This document shows, piece by piece, positions 29,096 through 38,040 of a stretch of 64,000 nt of DNA. Both the position numbers and the translations under genes were made by a program. The stretch comes from a virus (Duplodnaviria; Caudoviricetes). The notes beneath the pieces were generated by a model, which did no database searches, was not told where the DNA came from, and saw nothing but the letters and a program-made list of their open reading frames with translations. Location: positions 1 through 64,000 of IMG/VR virus record IMGVR_UViG_3300009716_000731. One strand, given 5' to 3'. The first letter of the stretch is position 1. Every line of letters begins with the position of its first letter.

Positions 29096-29497
29096 TTATG
29101 ATTTATAAAAATCTCCTTTTTCTTCAACATATTTAAGTCTTGTTTCCTCAGCTTGTTTTCTTAACTTAACATATTCTTTTCTTAAAAGTTGAATTTGTTG
29201 TTCTTTTTTACTTGTTTCTAAGACAACTTTGAAATCGATTATATTTTTTAGTTTTAAGTACCAGAAGAAGTTATTAAAAGATTTTTGTCCTCTTTTTTTA
29301 TTGATTACAAAAATTCTTCTTGCTAATTTTTTTCTTCCTGATTGTGTTAAGTGATCAATCTTAAAGTTTATAAACTCTAAGTGTGATTGTTCTTCACCAT
29401 CTACTTTTATTACATATTTTTTATTTTTTGCAACCTCTGTTGCTAAAACCATTATATCTTTAAGGTTTTTGTTTAATTCGTTTACTTTTGTTTCCAT
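29096..29497 (-). CDS. basic hypothetical protein
   Basis: 133 aa; preceded by the amber-containing leader. Confidence 0.75.
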   Translation of the reverse strand: METKVNELNKNLKDIMVLATEVAKNKKYVIKVDGEEQSHLEFINFKIDHLTQSGRKKLARRIFVINKKRGQKSFNNFFWYLKLKNIIDFKVVLETSKKEQQIQLLRKEYVKLRKQAEETRLKYVEEKGDFYKS

Positions 29498-29521
29498 AAT
29501 TTTTATATTTTTTTTTAGTTA

Positions 29522-29584
29522 TTATTTTTTTATTGACCTAAGAAAAAATATAAAAGTTGGACCTCTGATTACAATCTATCTCAT
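29522..29584 (-). promoter_or_regulatory. amber-containing leader ORF MR*IVIRGPTFIFFLRSIKK*
   Basis: ATG AGA TAG ATT at 29584-29573. Confidence 0.6.
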
Positions 29585-29591
29585 ATTATTA

Positions 29592-30185
29592 TTATTTTTT
29601 GAATTCTGTAAATTTTTTAATTTTGAAAATTCTTCTAACATTTTCTAATTTAGCTTTTATATCAGTAAGAAGTTGTGTTTGTTCTTTATTAAGATCAAGT
29701 TTTTCAACTGCATCCACAATAGCACAAGTTTCTCTGTAATAGTTATTTCTAAATCTTTCAGAAGCTGTGAAAGCGTCTGCAATATTATTAAATCTATCTG
29801 ATAGCTTAACTGTTAAAGCATTTTCTGACATGTGAGTCATTTTGTAAATAAGGTAGTCCATTTTACTACCACCCCATTTATGTTTAATTTCATCTGTATC
29901 TGATGTTAATTCTAAAACTATATCAGCAATTTCTTTTCCAAAGATTTCTTTGATTTCTGCATAACCTTCCCATTTGTTTTCAAAGCAATCTTCAATTACA
30001 TCATGTAAAAGCGCAGCTACCAAAACAACAACGTTGGTTGTATAGAGCTTACAAGTTCCATTTACTTTTTGCACGTGAGCATCAAAGTAAGGCTGACCTG
30101 TAAATTTTCTTACTTGTCCTTCGTGTTTTGCTTTAGCATAATCCCATGCTAATTTTTCTAGTTTTGTTATAGGTGCGTTCGCCAT
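29592..30185 (-). CDS. HD-domain protein, RelA/SpoT hydrolase-like
   Basis: A..KHEGQVRK.TGQPYF.HV, AALLHDVIED, VKLSDRFNN. Confidence 0.85.
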   Translation of the reverse strand: MANAPITKLEKLAWDYAKAKHEGQVRKFTGQPYFDAHVQKVNGTCKLYTTNVVVLVAALLHDVIEDCFENKWEGYAEIKEIFGKEIADIVLELTSDTDEIKHKWGGSKMDYLIYKMTHMSENALTVKLSDRFNNIADAFTASERFRNNYYRETCAIVDAVEKLDLNKEQTQLLTDIKAKLENVRRIFKIKKFTEFKK

Positions 30186-30219
30186 AATCCTTTTCTTTTT
30201 ATATATTACAAATATAATA

Positions 30220-30828
30220 TTATTTTTTCAATATCCACTCATAATAACCTTCTTTTTTGTTATTATCTACTCTTTCCCATAGTCCTGAATTTTGTACTGA
30301 GTCTGTCATATGTATATTAGAACCGAGTGGTTTTCCATTTTCATCGTAGATTTTCCAGGTATAATAGATATGCATACCTCTTTCAGTATCTACTCTTTTA
30401 TCTTGAAACCAAGTCCATCCTTTTTTCGCATTTTCAATCATTTCATTTTTTCCTTGTTCAAAAAACCTTTGATCTATCTCTTCATTTGAGTCAAATGCTT
30501 CTTTTGCTTTATCTATGATTCTTTGCTCTCTTTCATTTTTAATAACATAGCCTAACTCAAACTTAAATTTTTTCTCCATTTCTTCCCATTTCATACCTCT
30601 TTGGTATCTATTTTCTACATAATCCCATACTTCTTCGCAATAAATATCGACTTTATATCCTTTGGTAGAATAAACATATTCATCATTTTCGTTTATGTAT
30701 GCGTACGGACCATCCCAATATCCTTCTTTTGCTACTGCAAATTTTGGAATACCACCTTCCATTCTGATGTGACCATTTCCTTCTGGGTCAGCTTCTTGTA
30801 AAATCTTAATAAATTCTTTTGTTGTCAT
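30220..30828 (-). CDS. hypothetical protein
   Basis: 202 aa; EGYWDGPY motif. Confidence 0.75.
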   Translation of the reverse strand: MTTKEFIKILQEADPEGNGHIRMEGGIPKFAVAKEGYWDGPYAYINENDEYVYSTKGYKVDIYCEEVWDYVENRYQRGMKWEEMEKKFKFELGYVIKNEREQRIIDKAKEAFDSNEEIDQRFFEQGKNEMIENAKKGWTWFQDKRVDTERGMHIYYTWKIYDENGKPLGSNIHMTDSVQNSGLWERVDNNKKEGYYEWILKK

Positions 30829-30830
30829 AA

Positions 30831-31751
30831 TTAATTTTTATTTTTTAATAAAGTAAGCACTTGCTTTCCTCTTTTATCGATTTGTTTATATTTTATCTTA
30901 AATGATTGACTTTCAATACCACCAAACATACTTGCGTTTGCGTGTAATTCACAAAGTGCAGTAACTAATAAGGTTAAAACTGTTTGTATTGAATTATTCT
31001 TAACAAAATCTTCTACTTCATTTGCTTTGATGGTATGAAATACCATATCCTTTAAGATTAAGTCTGCGACAATCTTATTGTTAGAAATTTTGTTATAAGT
31101 ATCAAATGAAACTTGTGCGTGGTTTGGAAAATGTCTTTTACCTTCTTCATCAATCATAATACAGTAAGGTTTACCACAATCATGCATTACTTGATATTCA
31201 GTAATATCTTTTTCTGAGTGTAAATTACTCATAATAAAGTCTCTATTATCAGTAAACCAAGTTGGTAGTTTCCAATTCTCGGTTTTATTATCTGATAAAT
31301 CTTTGAAGTGTTTAGCTACAGAGAGGCCGTGTTCTAATACATTTTGTGTATTAGTTTGCGGAGTATTGATCATATCAGATATGACTTTATTGAAAGATGA
31401 TTTTTTAGGTTTACCTAAAAGTGGAAGGTATGAAACTTTCTTTCTGACATCTTTATCTGCATATAAACAAATAGATGTAAGTTCATCATTTAAGTCGGGT
31501 TCGTAAAATTTTGTAACAGGAGTTAATTTAGATAACTTTTGATATAAAGCATCTAATTCTTTTTTATTGTTTACTTGTAAACAAATGATTGAGTTGGAAT
31601 TTTGTTTCCAATCATTAAATTGTTGAGGAAATTCGTGTGCAAAGTCTGCAACTGAATGACAACTTTGTTGACTCTGATAACCATAACTAAGATCTGATCT
31701 TGTTATAACCATCATTTTTGTTTTCTCTTGTTTGTTTTTAATCTAAGTCAT
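30831..31751 (-). CDS. Pth2-like peptidyl-tRNA hydrolase domain fused to an HD domain; proposed start ATG-ACT-TAG-ATT
   Basis: KMMVITRSDL..G....Q..H, FYEPDL...LTSIC (Pth2-like); EHG...HDCGKP...HFPNHA (HD); ATG at 31751 is 12 codons upstream and in frame with 31715, TAG at 31743-31745. Confidence 0.75.
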
Positions 31752-31774
31752 TTTTATATAATTTTTAATTTTTT

Positions 31775-32659
31775 CTAATTTTTTTCAATATTATCGGAAT
31801 ATTTTATTCTAAATAATTTTATATTATTATTTTTACAATATTTATTTTTAATATTATCTCTCTTTTTTGAAATATGTAGTGCCTCGTTTCCTCCAAAATA
31901 ATCAACTGCCTCATAGTGTTGCCTACCATCGTACTCTATACATATATTGTATTCATTTAGATAAAAGTCAAATTTTAATTTTGATTTATAGATACAATCA
32001 TCAAATGTTTTATTTCTTATAAATTTTATATTACTATTAGATAGGTATTTATCTATGAATATTTCACCTTTTGAATCGCTACACTTCTTACACCCAAATC
32101 CTTTTAGATGATGATAAGGTGATTGAGTAAATTCTCCATGTTTTGGACAAACTATTGTAACTTTTACACTATTATTTATAAAAATAGTTTTATCATAATT
32201 ATATTTATTACTATGTATATCTTTTGCAATTTCTATAAACTCTGATTTTGTTTTATTATAATTATTTGAGCACTTTGAGCATCCTATACCTTTTATATGA
32301 TGTAGTGGAAGTTGTTCAAAGTTTCCATGTTCTGGGCAAGTTATGATAATTTTGGTATTTGTGTTTATATAAATGGAATTTTGGTATTTGTACTTATTTT
32401 TATGTATTTTATTAGATTCATTTATAAAATTTTCTAAACCCTTTGAGGATGAAGTACTTCTTTTCTCATTACCACACTTTGGACAACCACATCCTTTTAA
32501 GTAATGATTCTTAGGGCTTTGAGTGAAATTTCCATGTATAGGACAAGTTATAATAATTTTGGTATTATTATTTATATAATTAGAATACTCGTATGAGTAA
32601 AAGTTATTATGTTTTATTGATGACTTTTCAATAAATATCTGTAGTTTTTTATTTTCCAT
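31775..32659 (-). CDS. putative homing endonuclease (ITCPxHGxF...GCxKC repeats plus Vsr/DUF559-like domain)
   Basis: Three zinc-finger-like repeats; FDFYL...IEYDGRQHY. Confidence 0.8.
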   Translation of the reverse strand: MENKKLQIFIEKSSIKHNNFYSYEYSNYINNNTKIIITCPIHGNFTQSPKNHYLKGCGCPKCGNEKRSTSSSKGLENFINESNKIHKNKYKYQNSIYINTNTKIIITCPEHGNFEQLPLHHIKGIGCSKCSNNYNKTKSEFIEIAKDIHSNKYNYDKTIFINNSVKVTIVCPKHGEFTQSPYHHLKGFGCKKCSDSKGEIFIDKYLSNSNIKFIRNKTFDDCIYKSKLKFDFYLNEYNICIEYDGRQHYEAVDYFGGNEALHISKKRDNIKNKYCKNNNIKLFRIKYSDNIEKN

Positions 32660-32719
32660 ATTATATATATTAAAAAATAAAAATGGTTTGTTGTGGTTAG
32701 TAACCTTAATCTACATCAT
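32660..32719 (-). promoter_or_regulatory. amber-containing leader MM*IKVTNHNKPFLFFNIYN in frame with the endonuclease ATG
   Basis: ATG ATG TAG ATT at 32719-32708; 20 codons to the ATG at 32659 with no other stop. Confidence 0.6.
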
Positions 32720-32754
32720 AATTTTGTTTTTTTTATTTATATATTAGTTATTTG

Positions 32755-32832
32755 TGATCCCACCAGGATTCGAACCCGATAACGCTGGGTTTAGAAGCCA
32801 GCTCACCACCAAGGTGATTACGTTGAAGGACC
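32755..32832 (-). tRNA. atypical tRNA with CUA (amber) anticodon
   Basis: GGTCCTT/TGGGATC-A acceptor; T arm TCGGG-TTCGAAT-CCTGG; anticodon arm GCTGGC-TTCTAAA-CCCAGC; non-canonical D arm TCACC-TTGGT-GGTGA; TATCTTTG promoter just upstream. Confidence 0.75.
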
Positions 32833-32883
32833 ATTTCTTTAATTGTTATACAAAGATACAACTATTTTTTATACCACCAAATT

Positions 32884-33087
32884 TTATTCTTGTTTTTTTA
32901 GATCATCAATTGCATATTGTTCTAAAATAGATGGATTGTGAATCCATTCTTTCCAAACATCAAAATCTTTTAATCGCTCGAATGTTTCTTTTGGAATTAA
33001 AACAAATCCATCTGGTGCTACTGCACCAAATTTATGATAGTGAGCGTTTTTTATTTTTTCTTTTATTTGTTCTTCTTTTGTTTTCAT
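32884..33087 (-). CDS. hypothetical protein
   Basis: 67 aa from ATG 33087. Confidence 0.6.
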   Translation of the reverse strand: MKTKEEQIKEKIKNAHYHKFGAVAPDGFVLIPKETFERLKDFDVWKEWIHNPSILEQYAIDDLKKQE

Positions 33088-33379
33088 CAATTTGTTCTAA
33101 ACTTACTTTTTTATAACTAATTATCTTTTTATAAAATTTTGGGGACAATTTATATATCAGACTTTCTATTTTTCCTAAAAAAATATTTTTCCAGCTACCT
33201 ACATTACATAGAGCACAATCATTTTTGTATTCTTGGTGTGCACTACAAATAGAGTGCCATTTTTTCTTAAAAATAAAAAATCCTTTATCTTTCATATAAT
33301 ATTTATCTAAAAACTTATTAATTCTTTTGTCTAACTCTTTATTCCCAGAATTAAATTTTTTATTTCTATATACTGACAT
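33032..33379 (-). CDS. hypothetical protein with CxxH...CxxC motif
   Basis: ICSAH...CALCNVG. Confidence 0.6.
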   Translation of the reverse strand: MSVYRNKKFNSGNKELDKRINKFLDKYYMKDKGFFIFKKKWHSICSAHQEYKNDCALCNVGSWKNIFLGKIESLIYKLSPKFYKKIISYKKVSLEQIDENKRRTNKRKNKKRSLS

Positions 33380-33424
33380 TTTTATTTATATAAAAAATGG
33401 ACTTAATAGTTTAATATATACATT

Positions 33425-34444
33425 ATGAAGTATATTAAAACAGTTGATGAGTATTCTATAAATGAAGAATTGGAATTCAAAATGAGTTGGAGAGGATTTT
33501 TATTAGGTATATGTATTGTTGCTGCTTATAGGCACTATTTTCCTGCTAAGAAAAATCTCACTTTAGGTGAAATGAATAGAATTGTTGCTGATGTTGATAA
33601 CAAACCCACATTAAAAGAAAAAATTGCTATTAATGCTATAAAAAATAGCTTAATATCAGATCTTAAGCAAGATAAGAAAATCTCAGATGATGAAAGAAAG
33701 AAGCTAATAGATGGTATTAATACTATACCTTTTGTCTTAGTTGATACTGATACTATCCAACTAATTACTGGAAGGGATGCACTTGGTTGTTATTTTGGTT
33801 ACTTGGATAATTTCAAGAATCTAATGACAGTAATATTAGTTGATAGGGAAAGAATTAAATTAGGTACTGATTTTGATGAGGTTATACTACATGAGTTAAG
33901 ACATTTAGTTGATGATTTATTGGTTGATGGTAGAAAAGAATACAGTGAATTATCAAATATTGTTGATATATTAGACAAGGATATTGTTTTGAGGAATGAA
34001 GCAGGAGAGAGAAAGATAAGAAAAAAGATAAATGATTATATTGACGTAATGGTTAAAAAAACCGGTAGAGAAAATGATCCAAAGACTCAGGAAATTGGTC
34101 AAAGACTAAAAGATCAATATTTTGATATTATTTTTTTAGATAAAGATAAAATGAATTATTTAACATCATCATCGGAGATATATGCAAGATTTCATGGATT
34201 AAAAAGATGGATGATAAAAAATGGTTATCTAAAAGATATGAATAGTGAAATAACACAAGATATTATTGTTAAAATGATGCAAAATGAGCAATTGTTGGAT
34301 GTAAATATTATCAGAAAAGACTTCTTCCAATTATTATTTTATATGGATGTTGATTTTATAGGTAAAACGAAAAGTGATGTATCTAAACTAAACTCAATTG
34401 TAACAAATTATAGAGATTATATATCAAATGAAAAACCCGCTTAA
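33425..34444 (+). CDS. N-tagged zincin-like metalloprotease with a TM segment
   Basis: MKYIKTVDEYSINEE, hydrophobic stretch, LHELRH (HExxH), downstream EIYAR. Confidence 0.7.
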   Translation: MKYIKTVDEYSINEELEFKMSWRGFLLGICIVAAYRHYFPAKKNLTLGEMNRIVADVDNKPTLKEKIAINAIKNSLISDLKQDKKISDDERKKLIDGINTIPFVLVDTDTIQLITGRDALGCYFGYLDNFKNLMTVILVDRERIKLGTDFDEVILHELRHLVDDLLVDGRKEYSELSNIVDILDKDIVLRNEAGERKIRKKINDYIDVMVKKTGRENDPKTQEIGQRLKDQYFDIIFLDKDKMNYLTSSSEIYARFHGLKRWMIKNGYLKDMNSEITQDIIVKMMQNEQLLDVNIIRKDFFQLLFYMDVDFIGKTKSDVSKLNSIVTNYRDYISNEKPA

Positions 34445-35700
34445 AAGCGGATTTTTTCTTTTATAGCAGGCATATAAATTTCAATCAAATCGATCAATTC
34501 TTTTTTACATTCTAAAGTCAATGATTTACTTTTATTTTGATTCATCAAAATCATAAATGAACTAACAACTTTATTAAACTTAAAAGCTTCTGTATAGTCA
34601 AATATAGTTTTCTTAAATACTTCTATGTCAATAGTTTCCTCACCAGTTTTTTCCAACCAAGTTTTCATTCGATTAATAAATCGTCTAATACCAATTATAT
34701 TTTCATCTGACCAAGAACCACCATCAAAATAGTGACCAATAAACATCAAGTAAAATCTAATTTCATCTGAGTCATAACCATCCAAACTTACTACATTATC
34801 TTTTGACTTAGACATTTTTTCACCATTATTCAATATCATTCCTTGGTGTATCAATTTAGTAATAGGTTCCTCAAAATCAATAAAACCTATATCATACAAA
34901 AACATTGTAATAAATCTAATGTAGATCAAATGCATACAAGCATGTTCTGATCCACCAATATACAAATCTGCTGGTTTTGGTTTAATACCTTTCATCAAAC
35001 AATAAACAATAGTATAGATAGAACTATCTACAAAAGTGTCCATTGTATCGGTCTCACCTTCAATTGGAATAGGACAACCCCAATTTCTTTGTCTTGATAC
35101 GCACCAATCATGTTGATTTTCCAACCAATTTCTTTGAGCTTTTATCGTTGATTCCGGAAAATCGATTTTATCCAAATTAGCAATCAATCTTTCTTTATAA
35201 TCAGTAATTCTAAAATACCATTGATTCAAAATTTTCTTTTCAACTTGATTTGAGCATCTATCACATTTACCATCTTTTACTTGCTCTCTTGCCAAGACGG
35301 TTTCGCAACTATTACAAAAGTCAACTTCACCATCTTTTTTATAAGCCAATCCTTTATCATACAATTGCTTAAACAACCACTGTGTCCATTTAATGTATTC
35401 AGCATCTGAAGTAATCAACATTTCCTCATATTGAGTATTCATGTTTTTCATTTGCTGTCTAAAGTTTTCTATATTTTCATAGGTAACTTCTCTTGGATCC
35501 CTACCTACTTTTTTCGCATAGTTTTCTGCAGGCAATCCAAAAGCATCATAACCAAAAGGTTGAAAAACGTTAAATCCTTGATAACGCTTATATCTACAAT
35601 AACTATCTACAATAGCATAGTTATACCAATGACCACAATGCAATCCTGACCCTGATGGGTAAGGAAACATTGGAGTTATATACAAATTTTTTTGATCCAT
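34441..35700 (-). CDS. minimal leucyl-tRNA synthetase-like protein
   Basis: MFPYPSGSGLHCGH, GYDAFGLPAEN, DWCVSRQRNWG.PIP, ETDTMDTFVDSS, YIGGSEHA.MHL, KMSKS; 419 aa, CP1 editing and C-terminal domains missing. Confidence 0.88.
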   Translation of the reverse strand: MDQKNLYITPMFPYPSGSGLHCGHWYNYAIVDSYCRYKRYQGFNVFQPFGYDAFGLPAENYAKKVGRDPREVTYENIENFRQQMKNMNTQYEEMLITSDAEYIKWTQWLFKQLYDKGLAYKKDGEVDFCNSCETVLAREQVKDGKCDRCSNQVEKKILNQWYFRITDYKERLIANLDKIDFPESTIKAQRNWLENQHDWCVSRQRNWGCPIPIEGETDTMDTFVDSSIYTIVYCLMKGIKPKPADLYIGGSEHACMHLIYIRFITMFLYDIGFIDFEEPITKLIHQGMILNNGEKMSKSKDNVVSLDGYDSDEIRFYLMFIGHYFDGGSWSDENIIGIRRFINRMKTWLEKTGEETIDIEVFKKTIFDYTEAFKFNKVVSSFMILMNQNKSKSLTLECKKELIDLIEIYMPAIKEKIRF

Positions 35701-35909
35701 TTTTTTACTTTATCTTTAAGTGTTGGTTTTAGTAAAGTTTGTAGCTTTTTATCTCTTTTGTCTATCTTTTCTTGTTGCTTACAATCGTCACATATACTTG
35801 GTCCGCTTACAAACCAAATTTCTCCTGTTTGGTTATTCATTTTAATATCTTCTCTGGTAGAAGGTGTAAATCTTTTACTACATTTCTCACAATCAAAATC
35901 AATCATCAT
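35676..35909 (-). CDS. zinc-ribbon protein with RDKKLQTLL tag
   Basis: CEKC...CDDC. Confidence 0.65.
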   Translation of the reverse strand: MMIDFDCEKCSKRFTPSTREDIKMNNQTGEIWFVSGPSICDDCKQQEKIDKRDKKLQTLLKPTLKDKVKKWIKKICI

Positions 35910-36358
35910 TATATTGTGTATTTTTTTGTCATATCTGTACCAGCAAATTGTTCAATTTTGCGAATAGCAGATGATGATATATGTTCATATTCTTTATCAC
36001 AGGTTAGATAAATAACATTTATATCTTTCTTAAAATCACTTGTAAATCTAAATTGATTTACTTCATAATCTAAGTCAGTACCGTTTCGTAATCCTCTAAT
36101 TATAATTACTTTACAACCTTCTTTCTCATAATCTTCAACAAGTTCATGTAGAAATTTATTGTAAGTTATAACTGGTCGATTGAGTCGCTTTTCTATTTCT
36201 TTTGGGTCTTCTCTTTCGGGGTAGTTTTTATCTGGATTTATACCAATAGCAACTATGACATTTCCTTTACCAAAAATGCGCTCAGCTTTTTCAATGATGT
36301 TTAGGTGTCCAATATGCATTTTGTTAAATGAGCCGGGATAAATTGCTATTGTTCTCAT
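35909..36358 (-). CDS. coaD: phosphopantetheine adenylyltransferase
   Basis: IAIYPGSFN..HIGH, IIRGLR..TD..YE, HISSSAIR. Confidence 0.8.
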   Translation of the reverse strand: MRTIAIYPGSFNKMHIGHLNIIEKAERIFGKGNVIVAIGINPDKNYPEREDPKEIEKRLNRPVITYNKFLHELVEDYEKEGCKVIIIRGLRNGTDLDYEVNQFRFTSDFKKDINVIYLTCDKEYEHISSSAIRKIEQFAGTDMTKKYTI

Positions 36359-36443
36359 AATTCTTTTTGTATTATATAATTAAAATAATGATGTCCTCTA
36401 TGAAAAGGTTGATAATTATAACAAAATTAAGAAAAAATTTTTA

Positions 36444-37376
36444 CTATTCCAAACTTGCTAAGTATCTTTCAGCATCTAATGCTGCCATACAACCAGTACC
36501 TGCCGCAGTAATAGCTTGTCTATAAACATTATCTGCTACGTCACCGGCTGCAAAAACACCTGGTATATTAGTTTTAGTTGTTCCTTTTTCAGTAACGATA
36601 TATCCAGTTGAATCTAATGTTAAATAATCCTTAAATATATCTGTATTTGGCTTATGACCAATTGCTAAAAAGAATCCTGTTGCTGGTATCTCAGTTACTT
36701 CTTCTGTTAAGGTATTTTTAACTCTGATTTTAGTAACAACTTGACCGTCTCCAACAACTTCTTCGGTTACCGTGTTCATAAGTATTTCAATGTTTTCCGT
36801 ATTTTTAACTCTATCAACCATAATTTTAGAAGCTCTAAAATCACTTCTTACTAACATAGTTACTTTTTTACATATTTTAGATAAATAGTGTGCTTCTTCA
36901 CAAGCTGAGTCTCCAGCACCAACTACTACAACATTTTGATTTCTATAAAAGAATCCATCACAGATAGCACATGCAGAAACACCACCACCTAATTCTAAGT
37001 ATTTTTGTTCTCCTTTTACACCAGAGTATTTTGCAGTAGCTCCAGTTGATATAATTACGGTATCAGCTTCGATTTGATGATCGTGATTGATTGTAATTAT
37101 TTTTTTATCTGTTGAAAAATCTACTTTCGTTACCAAATTATTTCGTATGTCTGTACCAAATCTTTTAGCTTGTTCTTCCATGTTATTCATAAGATCAATA
37201 CCTTTTATACCATTTATAAAAGCTGGGTAATTTTCAACATCATTGGTTGTTGTTAGCTGTCCACCAGGTTGCATTCCTTGATATAAAACAGGTTTCATAT
37301 TTGCTCTTGCTGCATAAATTGCAGCGGTATACCCTGCAGGTCCTGATCCTATAATAATACATTTAACTTTTTCCAT
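36444..37376 (-). CDS. trxB: thioredoxin reductase
   Basis: GSGPAGYTAAIY, GGQL, CAICDG, FAAGDV...YRQAITAAG.GC.AA. Confidence 0.95.
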   Translation of the reverse strand: MEKVKCIIIGSGPAGYTAAIYAARANMKPVLYQGMQPGGQLTTTNDVENYPAFINGIKGIDLMNNMEEQAKRFGTDIRNNLVTKVDFSTDKKIITINHDHQIEADTVIISTGATAKYSGVKGEQKYLELGGGVSACAICDGFFYRNQNVVVVGAGDSACEEAHYLSKICKKVTMLVRSDFRASKIMVDRVKNTENIEILMNTVTEEVVGDGQVVTKIRVKNTLTEEVTEIPATGFFLAIGHKPNTDIFKDYLTLDSTGYIVTEKGTTKTNIPGVFAAGDVADNVYRQAITAAGTGCMAALDAERYLASLE

Positions 37377-37408
37377 AATATTTATATAATTATTACTATA
37401 TTTGTTTT

Positions 37409-37855
37409 ATGAATGCAACCAAAAAGTTAAGAGAATTAGGATTTACTAAGATACCTTTTCATAAGCCAAATCCATATAATGATGGAGAAGCTATGATACT
37501 GGATGATCATACTACTAAGCATGTAATTGATAATAAGACAGGTAGGTATGTTCAGGTAAAAGAAAAAAAGATACATCCAAAACAAGATTCACATTGGAAA
37601 TTGGTATTTAATGAACAATATATAATTTGGATTATGGTTAGTAATAATGTAGTTGATAAGGTTTATTTACAAGATAATTTTAATAAAACTAAGAAAACTG
37701 CATATGGATTCTCGTTAAGAAATGACTTAACAGAGTTATATAATTTTAATGGTAGTTTTGGTACATCCACTAAGATAGTTAGTAAAAAACAAATTATAAA
37801 CTTATTACCATTAAGTATTAAAAGAGATTTTATAATAAAAGATTTATTCAAATGA
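37409..37855 (+). CDS. hypothetical protein with C-terminal RDFIIKDL tag variant
   Basis: TATATTTG upstream. Confidence 0.7.
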   Translation: MNATKKLRELGFTKIPFHKPNPYNDGEAMILDDHTTKHVIDNKTGRYVQVKEKKIHPKQDSHWKLVFNEQYIIWIMVSNNVVDKVYLQDNFNKTKKTAYGFSLRNDLTELYNFNGSFGTSTKIVSKKQIINLLPLSIKRDFIIKDLFK

Positions 37856-38040
37856 AAGAATATAAGCCAATAATAATAGATCATCTTGATCTGATAGGTG
37901 ATAAAACATATTTAGATGATGAAACATTATCGTCTTATCATGTTATGGCTTATAGATTAAAGAAGTTAGCTAAGAAAAATATGAGAAAAGTTAAACGAAT
38001 AGAAAAAATAAAAAGAATATGCCTGAAGGACCAGAATTAA
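37852..38040 (+). CDS. hypothetical protein
   Basis: 62 aa, ATGA coupling; RIEKIKRI tag-like end. Confidence 0.55.
   Translation: MKEYKPIIIDHLDLIGDKTYLDDETLSSYHVMAYRLKKLAKKNMRKVKRIEKIKRICLKDQN

Noticed and set aside
31715-31751. Quadruplet (UAGA) +1 decoding of the amber starts
   Set aside because: The +1 frame hits TGA within ten codons; only triplet readthrough joins the Pth2 frame
32755-32832. Ordinary tRNA-Arg(UCU)
   Set aside because: Centring TCT in a 7-nt loop breaks the anticodon stem (GCTGG vs ACCCA); the stem pairs only with CTA central
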